Origin: Auanema rhodensis
Lineage: Eukaryota; Animalia; Nematoda
Direction of reading: 5' to 3'
Length of the DNA stretch: 64,000 nt
NCBI GenBank assembly: GCA_964057225.1
Contig: OZ059899.1
Span: 15,686,001-15,750,000, forward strand
Below are positions 38,928-50,800 of this stretch, one piece after another. The notes beneath the pieces are model-generated. The model did no database searches and had not been told where the DNA came from. It saw only the letters and a list, made by a program, of their open reading frames with translations. Position numbers and translations under genes: made by a program. Each line of letters starts with the position of its first letter. Position 1 is the stretch's first letter.

Positions 38928-41900
38928 TGTTGAATATTTTTCCTTCTCATGTCCAATGGATAGGATTACAGACAAGATAGAGAGAGTGAGAGAGAGAGAG
39001 ACAGTGACGGCAATGTCTTTCCTTGCTACCTTACGTCCGATTTAACTTCCGAACTTATTGCAAATTTAACCAAACAAAACTAAAATTTGTCGCTTTTTGA
39101 TCTTATTGACGCATTTTCACAGAAAAAACTTCGTTTTAACTTTTTTTTCTTCATTTCATTGAAAAAACATTAAATGTTTCATGCGTCATCCAATAATTTT
39201 GATTCATTTTCACCTAAACTGCTAAGTTTTTATTTCCTTACTGAGATTGCTTATTTGATTTTGTCGTAGTAAATGTAAAGTATCTCACAAATCGATATCT
39301 TTGATAAAAGTCTCATTCATTCTCTTTATGTCACATGAAATTCTTTTTTAACTTTATTTTGAAACTTTCTCTCTCTTTCTCTCCCCCCCCTCTCTCTCTG
39401 TCGTACACACTTTTGTATTTTTTCTCCAAACATTTTCTTATTTATTTTTCCACATATTAACTGATTTGTGGTCATTTTCAGAATTCATGTCTTGTTTCCG
39501 GATGTGATTCTCCTTCTTCCACCTCCTCGACATCAGTATCGTTGTCATCGTTAGCATTGTCATCATCAGATATAACACACATATTGAATGACAGACATAA
39601 AGTAAAGTTGAAACATACAATGAAAATGAGAATTTAGATTCATCTTGTTGTTCTTTCTATCGTTTTAGTCTTTTTCATAATATTATATACTTTTGTACTC
39701 AAATTCAATCTATTTGATCAATTGTCGATATTCAATCTCAATAGTCATAGTTATATACCGTAGATGATGATAATTTACTCCTCATAACCTTGTCCCCCCC
39801 CCCTCTCTCTCTCTTTCTCTCTTTCTCTCTCTCTTTGTTTCATTCATATTTCATATTCCTTTTGATTATTTTCATGATGATTACCTTATGTTTCATCCAA
39901 TTCTCTCTATCCCCCCTTCTCTCTCTTTCTCTTCATCTCTCTCTCTCTCACCCCTCCTCTTTCAAAACTATAATTATTCTTTTTGCGTTTATGTTCAGTC
40001 ATCCTAATTTAGTATATTCCCGGTCGTCTGAATTTTTGTTATTCATTTTTGCCGTTGCTGTCATCGTCGTCGTCGTCGTCGCCGTCATCGGCTGCCTTCT
40101 GTCCCTCCATTTGCCGTACTATCCCTGTCTTCCAGCAGTTTTGTTTTAAAATTTTCTCAAAATATTCTGCTTATTACTATGCAAAGCTTTTTTGGCTTCC
40201 GGCTGTACATCTGGAGCAACGTTGCCAGCAGCATGAAAGCACACATGCACACACAGTCAATGAACTTTTCTTTTTTTATCCGTTTAATGCAATTTATCCA
40301 GTCTGCTCCATACTATTCGTTTTCTCTTTCATCTTCCTCTTCACTGCTTCATGTTTTTCCTCGTTTAATTCATCTGGCCAATCGTTGTTCTTCCTCCCTA
40401 CCTCTCTCCCTTCCTCGCTACCTTCTTCTCTCTCTCATACTCTCGCAGTCTCATTATCTTCTCTACCAAACTCTCATTTTGTGAAGCCAACCTTCCCGGA
40501 TACGCCGAGACCGATGAACTAGCCATCCAGCCCCAGTCATTCTTCCAACGGAACCGATCATCAAGCAAACAACTAATCTTCCTCTGTTGGACGTCTTCAG
40601 CCCAACATGGCGCTTTCCTCTATCATACACGTCCATCTATTGACAATTGGCATTGCCCTTCAAAAATTTCCATCTTCCGTCTATTTCCTTTGTCATTTTT
40701 TTCATTTTTTTCTCGTCTTTGCCATCATTCCTGCTGCTGTGTCATCAGGCATCGTTGTCATCTTTGACCATCTTCATCGTTATTCACTATCCACACCATC
40801 AGTCATCCCTTCTCTCATATCATTTGTTTTGAAATTTCGTGAAGACGAAGAAGTCTAAACTTGGTATTAATCGATGAAATCTTTGATATTTCGTCCAATT
40901 TCAGTCTACCCACCTTCTCTGTTGATGAATCAAACTCTCATTTGTCTTTTTTCTTGCCATACCCTCGTTTAGACATCAAAAATGCCGTATTGTTCATTTT
41001 TTTACTTATTTTGTCTCTTCTTTTCCTTCTTTCTCTATGTATTCTTCTAAGACCTGATCAGTTCGAGGACGATCGCCTCCTTCATCATTCTCCTCCTCCT
41101 CGTCTTCTTCTTCTTGTTCGCCTTCTGATTCCTCACGAATAAAACTTTTGAACTTAAGAGGGAGAAAGACAAAAAAACGAAAGAGGGATAGAGAGAAAGA
41201 GTGAGACAGAGGAGAGAGTATGAGGAATTTCTCCAGTGCAGTCATGCGTAACAGCATCGATGAATCATCAGACGCTTGTCTGTCCTTCTACGACCACACT
41301 CACCTCTGAAGGCATTATAACATCGTTCAGTGTTTATGTATCTTTCAGATCTTTTTTTGTTCGCAACATCTCATGTTTCTTACTTGTTGTCTACACTTCT
41401 TACATCTTAATCTCTTCTCTTCCTTGTTCTGTTCATAGTGTTAGTCTGCTCTTCTTGTATTCTGCTACTCCTCTCTCTCTCTCCCTCTCTCTCTCTCTCT
41501 ATTTCTCTTCAAATATTCTAAAAAAATGTTTTCCACTTCACTTATTTAATCTTGTAAATCCTTCGTATGAAGGTGTAAACGCTCATGTATGTTTCAACTT
41601 GTATTAGTCGTCTGTGAATCAATTATATACATCTTCTCCACCATTCATCTTTTAATATTTTTCTTGTAAATGTTTGTTTTCTTTTGTATATTTCGTACCT
41701 ATTTTCCTACGATTCGTCGTCATTATTCAGTTTATATCATCGTTTTCGCACAAATGTCATCAGCCAAGCATCTTTCTTCACATCTCTTCCTTCTCTAACT
41801 TGTATCTTTTTTCTTCTTCTGCCACTCCCTTTCCATCTTTCCTTCGTTCAGCATCAAATCAGCTGTTCTTTATCATGTTCAGTCACACCTTCATATTTCT

Positions 41901-42943
41901 CTTCTTGCCCTTTGCTGATCATTGTTTAAAACTATTTTCCAATTCGTTGTCAAAATCTTAAATTTTTTTCTGAATGTTCATCATTCTCGTTGAACTCCGT
42001 ACACAACATTCATAACCTTTTACTTTCATTCCTTTCCTTCTACTCTCCAGTATCATTTCTCTCTCTCTCTCTCTCTCTCTCTTTTTCCTCCAAACTCCTA
42101 TGTCCAGCTCTCTGTCTCTGTCTAATACCCTACAACTATATTCCTCATTTAACTGTTCTCTAGACCTCTTTCTCATTTCATTAGATTTCTGAACTTTCTT
42201 TGTTCAGTCTCTGATTTTCGATCCTTTTTACCTCATTTTTCAATGTTTTTTCCACGAAAAAAAATTTAAAATTCCGCGCTCGGCAACATATTTCTTTCCA
42301 ATCACCATATCTCTCATCTTCTTGTCCAATATTTCTTCATTTCCAATGCTCATATCTCTCTCTTATGCCATGTTTCAAATGACACTTCTTCTATCATATC
42401 TTAGATATTGACATATTTTTTTTTGTTTTTCAACTTCAAAAAAAATTCAAATTGAGGGAAACGTTTTGATTTTTTTGGCCACAAAATCAGGAAAAGATTG
42501 AGAGAAGCTTAAGAGTATAGCCAATGCTTAACTTTCTTCGTTTTCTTTCTGTTTTTCACTGAGAGAAGTAGATATCATATGATGGTGATGTTGATGAAGA
42601 TAGTCCTTCCCTAAGTCAGTCACAGATTTCAGTTTCAACTTCAATATAGCAGCTTCCGAAGGCTTGGTTGAAACTGCAAGAGCAGACAATAACTTGATGT
42701 GTGTATGTATCTCCTTATTGGTTTTGTATAATCTATTGCTCTTACATCTCACTCAGCTATACTACAATTCCTTTTCCGACGTCGCCTTCATCGGCGTCAT
42801 CATTGTCGTCGTCTCCGCAGTCAGTAATCGCCGTTTTCAATTTTTTTCCAAAATGAATTGAGCTTATCTTGTTATCAGCTTTACATTTTCACCGATATTT
42901 CTATGTTACTTTCGAATCATTTTGTTGTTGTCGTCGTTTTTAT

Positions 42944-42977
<34 letters not shown>

Positions 42978-43078
42978 GCCCCCTCTCTCTTTCTGTCCAT
43001 TATCGGCTTTTCTCAATTTTATTTTTTTATTTTATATTTTCAAATATTTATTTCTTTCTTATCTTCAGTTAGTTCAAA

Positions 43079-44822
43079 ATGTTCGCCTACGTCTGTGTAT
43101 TGGCTCTTGCCACTCTTGCTTTTGCTGATGTTGAGAAGGAAATGAAGAATGCTGTCAATGAGGTCACAACAACCAAGGTAAAGTTTCCATCAACTTTCTC
43201 GTTTCTCTTTCTTGTATCCTCACGTCTTCCTTTTCAATATTTTGCTTTTTGTCGTTTTTACTTTATCTAGAACAGCTAGCTAAACCGGCGAAATAAAATA
43301 AGAAAGAACTCTGTCTCAATGCTGCCATACATGAATCATCAGCCTTCCCTATTTAGCATAAGGTTTTTTCTTCTGAAGTAGAGGACGTGAGAAAGCTTTT
43401 GCTGCTGTTTTCATCACGTAATTTCCCATTGGAACTATTTATCTTTACTTAAACTATCTACTGCTCTATGTACTTCTTTCATATAGTTCCATCTAAAATA
43501 ACAAAAATATTTGTTAACGTCAATGACAGCTATAACTCCGACATTAGCTTTTGGAGTTGAATCACAACATTGCATCCGTCTGAACTAGCCATCATTCGCC
43601 TTGTCAATCGTGTCATATGTGTCTGACTCATCCAGCACATCATGCATTATGATGACATCGTTGTGTCCAGCTTCTGAAGTCATAACACACGATTTATACA
43701 ACGTTATCACTTTCTTGGATGTTTTTAACAGAAGGAATTGCATAACAACAGGTTTCATTTTGGTTACGGTTATGGCTAACGACATCTGAATCAGCTAAGC
43801 AATGGTCATCAGATTTCACTAATTCCATAATCAGTTTGACGAGCCTTGTACATTCACCATCCAATTCTTATCAAACCGCCCTCTCCCACCATTTTGCCAT
43901 AAAAACTTCATTATCACCATTCGAACTTAAAAAGCATCCGTCACTGTTTTTCTAAACATGAATCATGAATTAGTCCAATTTGTTTACAATATTCATCATA
44001 CGACTTCTATTTATTGCTTCACCTTCAGTAATAGCGTATATCTTCAACATCACTAGAAAATCTTTTCTTATATGATATAGTTAAGCTATAGGTTTTTTCC
44101 ATGTGAACCGTTGAGTTGAAAAAGGGGAGAGGAAGAAAGGGAAAGAGGGGGGGGGGGGCTAAGAGAATCAAGAATAAGGATAAACAATTTCATTATTATG
44201 TTGTTCAAATAGTGAGTAACATCAGACGACATCACTCAGAGTAGCTTCAACTGAACTTTAGTTGATGTTCTTACCTGATTACGGATTTTGCCCTCTGTTA
44301 CAACCTATCAGTATATACACTTTGATTAAACTAGTTTCAATGTGAACTCGCCTCCTAAAAAGTATTTTAGTTTTCGTTTACAATTCAATTCTTGGGAAAA
44401 TATATAAATTAATATATTTTCTTCGTTTCAAATATATTTCAAGGGATTGAGATTAAGAGAAATGGGCAAGAGATATGAGTTTTTGATTGAATAAATTAGT
44501 TTGTTAATGATTTGAAGAGTTTTTTTAAATATTTTGTTAAAAAACTTTAAAAATATGTTTTCTTTTTACTATACAAATATAGGTATTAAGCATAATCATA
44601 TTGGTTATTATAATCATTTTTGATGAGAAATAGTTTAATTTAATGATTTAGTTAAATATATTTTTTTATTGATTAATCAATAAAGAATATTATTCTTTAA
44701 ATTAGCATAATTATGTTGATCTACGTGAGAGTACATGTCACGTAACAACAACGTGAAGTATGCGTGAAAATGAAAAAGTTTATTTTAATTTTATCTATGA
44801 CATACAGTGCGGTTGGTTCTCT

Positions 44823-44862
<40 letters not shown>

Positions 44863-45277
44863 TGCTGGCTTTTAATAATACCCCGTTAACCTCAATTATA
44901 CTATTATTCCATATATAGTAATGTACTTTGACATATATGTATATAGATTATTCAAAAATAGAAAATGAATAACATTAATTCATTTTAGGACGGAGATCTC
45001 TTCTGCCCTCTTCCAGTTGTTGGAAACAAGTGCCCCGGTAGCTCTCCATTCCATTACTACAAATGCTGCGGTGATTTGAACAAGGACTGTTGCTTCAATC
45101 TCCAGGTAAATACCTAACTATGCTATGCAGCTTACCTAACTATGCTCAAAGATCATTTCCTTATTACTTATACTGATATTTCAGACCTGGGTTATCGTAG
45201 TTCTTGCTGTTATTGCCGTTATCACGATTGCTAGCTTCATCCTCTCCCTCATCAGATGTATCTGCTGTCGTCGTTAA
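43079..45277 (+). CDS. sup-1: SUP-1, small single-pass cysteine-rich membrane protein, 102 aa, 3 exons
   Basis: Exons 43079-43177, 44989-45105, 45185-45277 give MFAYVCVLALATLAFADVEKEMKNAVNEVTTTK-DGDLFCPLPVVGNKCPGSSPFHYYKCCGDLNKDCCFNLQ-TWVIVVLAVIAVITIASFILSLIRCICCRR*, very close to C. elegans SUP-1 as I recall it; acceptor atcttcag 10 nt before the ATG. Confidence 0.95.
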
Positions 45278-45453
45278 GCAGCTTCAGGCTTCATCAGTAG
45301 TCAAGCTCACTTATTACTCCTCCCATTCTTACATAATGCATTCAACAACAGTATCTATGATTTTCATTTTTTTCCCTTTTTTCATTATTTCTACTCAAGG
45401 TATTTCAATTATTTGAATTTAGCTCACGCAATTCACAAAACTATCTCTTTATC

Positions 45454-45459
45454 AATAAA
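45454..45459 (+). terminator. Polyadenylation signal of sup-1
   Basis: AATAAA about 175 nt after the stop, followed by a T-rich tract. Confidence 0.6.
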
Positions 45460-47864
45460 ATCTCTTTTCCTTTCTATTTCCTTTTGTATAATTCTTCCAA
45501 ATTTACGTTTTCATATTCTCTGGCTTATTCCAAACGTTGTGCTGACAATGGCAAATATCATTGAAAATAAGAAAAAAAGCTGAAAAGTCTACTTTTTTCT
45601 TCAAACAAAACCGTATTCGTCTACTTGTACACTCAACCACAAGCCTAGAAATTATTGCTTTGTTTTTTTTTTTGCTTAATTCTTAGCTTTGTAGGCATTT
45701 CGATTGTTTTTTGTCTCTAAAAATACGCAATCTATATGTGGTTTAACATTTCAGAAATGAAGATGATTTAGATACTGAAGATTCTCTCACACTGTAGTCT
45801 ACAATCCAGACTGCAATGTGATCCAATTCAGATTCTATACTCAATCATTCATTTATCAATCTGCTGTTTTTCTTAACAACCTCGTCACAGTAAAATTCTT
45901 CATTTTCTAATATTCTTTTTTGCGCTCTCCATTAAAGCCATTGAAACTTCCAGTTTTGCAAATAATTATTTTTTAAGAAAGTTGCTCTCCGTTGCCTTTT
46001 TCTATGCGTCTCGCGGCCTTCCAATAACGCCCCTCTCCCCCTATATAACACAATTTTCCACATGCACCAAGTTGATGTTCGAAAGCTTCATCTGATTTCG
46101 TTGTTGCTATATCGTATTTAGGCTTGTGTTGCATGCGTCGCACCTTGTTTCTTCACTCATTTCATCCTTAAGTTGTCCTTTTCCTCAGCCCCACCACATC
46201 CGCCAGTACTTTGCGCATTTACAGAGCATCGTCTATTTTGTTTAATTTCAGTTTAATCATTATTTGTGTTTTTATATGCTTGTAAACGTTTCTATGAAAG
46301 TTCACAAATAAATATTCGCTTTAAATAGTAATCATTAAGAATAAATATGTATAAATATATATATATTTAATATATAGAAGAGAAAAATCTTTAAAGAAAG
46401 TTATGAAAGAGAAAGGTATCTGATATATATTTTCTGGAATTATATAAACTGGTATTTCGCGTCATTGGGATTTAGTGATGTTGAATGGGATATAGAAAAT
46501 AGGAGAAGTCACATGAACGAGAAGGTCAAACCCGCAAGCTATTACAACAACAACTACTACTATTACTACCAAGAGAAAACATAACAACATGATGATAATA
46601 ATAATGATGTTTATGCATTTGGTTGGTATTGAGGGTGGGGAATGGATAGGTTTGTGGTCACCAGGGGTCCTTGGAATTTTGAAACGAAATATGATATCAG
46701 ACTTTTAGTTAACGATAAAGCTAAAACACAATATATTCTGTTTAATGGATGTCTTTTGACTTAATTAACCCAGATTAAATAATAAAATAAAACCATAAAA
46801 TAATTATTTTCATGGCATATATGGCTGTAACGATGAAGCTGAGCTGGATATATGATTTTGCTGATTAAGGTAAAAATTTTGAATTTTAAACAAGAAATGT
46901 AGAGGGGCAAAGTTTTATAATAGTGGGACTGGAAAAGAAGAAGAGGGATACAGGGAACAGGAGAGTTGTAGGAATGCAAACACAAGATTTCTTGCAATTG
47001 GGACTGTTTTGGACCCAAAACAAATTAAATAAGCAGGGAAATGTTTGAGAGATACAGAAAGAAAAGAACGAAAAGCATCTAACGTATAGCTTACGTATAT
47101 GAGAGATATGAGCTTACAGAGTAATCTGGGGATATGATCATATATGGTAACAGTGCATGAGCCGCGATCAAAAATGAACAAACCGAGATGTATAAACCGG
47201 ATAAAATCACAAAACTATGAAAAAACTGAACAGGTAACAATAACTGTTGGGATTTAACAAGAGTTCAGAAAATTCTAGTTGTTCACGACCGAAATGAGAT
47301 AAATGGACGATTAAGTAAAACAGGAGCAGAGGGAGGGGGCCACATCATGATTTAGTTAAGATTCTAAGGATGATAGAGGTCGGGAATCATTTATAGCAAT
47401 TAAGAGACGGCAAGAGGAAGGCTGGGAAGACAAAGAGAGCTTCAACAAGATAAACACGGAATTCTAAGCACTTACTCAGAGTAAGAAACGGAATGTTCAA
47501 ATCAATAAACTGAACACAATAACTTAACAAGGACATTGAGAATTTAGCGCATTTAGCCTTCCCGCAATAGAAGTTTTCTAAGTCAATGGCTATGGTAATA
47601 TTCAATAAATGCTCTACCTATCTGTACAAGAAGAGTTTGTAAAATCAAAGAATTAAATAGAACAATCTTAAATCAAAGAGTATTCCCTCCCATAAAAGTA
47701 ATTATTATCCTGGTATGGATGAAATGAAGGATGACAGAGGCTTTGCTGACCGTTTGTAATGAAAATATAGTATATTCTATGGACAACCCGTTTCCAATCA
47801 GCAAAAAAGTTAAAGAAATTAGATTGAAGAGAAAAACGAATGATACAGGAAGGTGTGAGCCGGC

Positions 47865-50800
47865 TCACACCTCATCTTCAGCTACACCAATTTCTGCGGC
47901 CAACCGGTCACCTTCTCCCCAGTGAGGATTTTCCTCAGCTCCTCTTTTAGCTATTTGAGCTAATCCTTCCATTTCCTGTAGTTAGAAGAGATCGAGTGTG
48001 TTAGTTCAAGGAAAAACTTACGAGATCTTCATTCGAGCCATTCGGTTCTTCGGCTGAAAAACCTAATCCTGGCAAGCTCATTTGGCTAGTATCAATATCG
48101 TTATTTTCCACAAAGGAGAGCTAAAATGACATGAAATTTGAGAAACAAAGAAAGTAAATACCTGAAGGAATTTGTTACTGACGCGATCTGAGAGATGTCG
48201 TACGATCTGGTGGAAACTTGGTCTATCTCGAGGGGTATACTTCCAACATTCACGCATCAACTTGTACCTGAAAATACAAAAGCATGTTACAAGAGCATAG
48301 AGAATTAGCAAAATACCAGAAGGTTGGACAATCTTTTGGAGGATCCATAACTTGTCTGGACATTCCAATGAATGACAACACCTAGAAGAGAAAAAAGATT
48401 AATATTATCCCTCAGATTGTCCCTTTACTTCATGATTTCCAAGACCTTGATATGGCTGTTGTCCAAGTGTGATCATTTCATAAAGAACAATTCCGTAAGA
48501 CCTATAAGAATCATCATATCAGCTAAAAGAAGCCATTTTCCACTAATCTCTTACCAAACGTCACTCTTGGTATCAAATTTGCCGTCCCTCAGTGATTCAG
48601 GAGCCATCCATCGAACAGGCATTAATCGCTTACCCGTTGGCTTGTAATATTCATGATAATAGAGATCACGAGCCATTCCAAAATCACCAATTTTCACTGT
48701 TAGATCAGCATGAACCTAAAGTTGATAATCTCATAGAAGAATCATTATAATCTGCTTAAGCTTACCATGCAATTACGAGCAGCTAAATCTCGATGGCAGA
48801 ATCGAATGGATTCCAAATATGCCATTCCGTCAGCAATCTGGGCTGCCCACTCATAATACTCATCTTCGGTGGGAACAGATAAATTATCAATGTTAGCCTC
48901 ATCACCTGGACGTCGAGATCTCAGATAATCTCTTAGATTTCCCTAGAGCAAACAAGTTTTTTTAAACAAAAAAGTTAATAAATACCTTTTCCATCATTTC
49001 CATGACAACAAGAACGGGCTGTCCATCAGATACAACACCAAAGAGTTTTACTATATAATTGGCGTTGAACTGTTTCATGATTGAAGCTTCTGAATATAGA
49101 ATTAAATGCTTCAGATATATCATTAGATTTTATATTACCTAAAAGGAAATGAAGACGTTCAGCACTACAAGCATTCTCTGCCACAGTCTTGATAGCACAT
49201 TCATCAAAGCTAATACCGCAAACAGAAGTAACATTCAATCCCTTTCCGCGATACACCTAAACAGCACACTCGTATCTTCAGTTTCTGCTCTTTAACACAT
49301 ACCTTTCCAAACGTTCCACGTCCAATTTCATCTCCAATAACTAGGAGATCTCGCTGAAGTTCCCAATGATCAGCCTTATATACATCATTTTGAGATAAAT
49401 ACTCAGGGTTGGCAGAAATGAGCTGTGTAGCATATTCTTTGACCTAGAATTTTAAACATTAAACATCGAATTAATAGATGCTTCTGTACCTTCTTGCCAT
49501 AATATTTCTTGATACAAAAATAGGCAAACAGCATGGCTATTGCTAAGAAAATCAAAACGAAGAATACAATGAAAATGATTCGCTGAAATTCAAAAAATGA
49601 GGTTTTCAACCACCTTATTCAGAACTTACTCCCCAAGTAAAGAAGCTTGGATATGACACAGTTACCAACTCTTTTCGGACAGAAGCAGATGATACTCCTA
49701 ATTCAGACACAGTGCGTATTTCGATTCTATTAAGATGACATGTAAGTGTCACTCTCTAGCAGAATATTCATACCTATATGTGCCATCGGCTAAACCATTG
49801 AACTGTATTCCATCCTTTTCAGGATTTCGAATCTCAGTACTGCTGTTACATTGCTCGATTGGAGTCTAGAATAGACATTCTATTAGATAAATCCCCATCA
49901 ATCACAAAGCTTACCGACTGTTTTGCGATATTAGTTACTCGAACTTTATAAGCCAAAATAGCACCGTTTGGTTCTTTGGGAGGCTTCCATTTAACTACGA
50001 AATCTGATGTACTATTTCCAACAAAATCAACAGAAATAGTAGAATTATCAATAACATCAGCGTCAACTGAAATTCATTAGTCAAGTATAGAAAAAAATAA
50101 AATTCCCATAGGCTTTTAGCAGTAAACGGCTGAAAACTTACCAATCTTAGCAGTACGAATATAATGCCAAGCTTTACGAGTTGAACAATGTGAATCGGGA
50201 ACACTTGTGTTTTGGCATGCTACGATAGAAACCTTCAAAAATAATTTGAAATATCATAAAACATTGGAGATCCCCTACAAAGTACTCAGTATAATGCTTG
50301 AGGCCAGTCAGGGTAATTTTGGTTCCACTGGCGTTAATACGAAGTGGCATATTCAGATTCTCATTTTGTTCAATTATCTAAATTTAAGTTGTGAAATAAC
50401 AAATATAAAGATGAATAAAACCTGATTGTATGTTTCAATTCTTCTCCTCTTTTCGTCTGAGTTATCTTTATCTGACGAATTACTCGATATAGACCTTTTA
50501 ACTCGTTTGCCCTCCTGTTTATCGCTCTCAGTAGTATCTCTTGAAATAAAAAATTTACAAGAAGAATTAGTTGGTGATCTAATATAACATGTGAACACAA
50601 AACACATTTAAATGTGATTTCTATGCAATACTGTTAATGAAACTGAAGATAAAGAAGTAGCAGAAGCAAGAAGCATGTTAAGATAGAGGAAAGAACATAG
50701 CGCAGAAGATGGCACAATACTACGATTATCGTACATGTCTTTAGCCAGAAAAGTATTCCGAACTCTGTGGCTAGTAGAGTAGATAGCTTTTCGACGAAAT

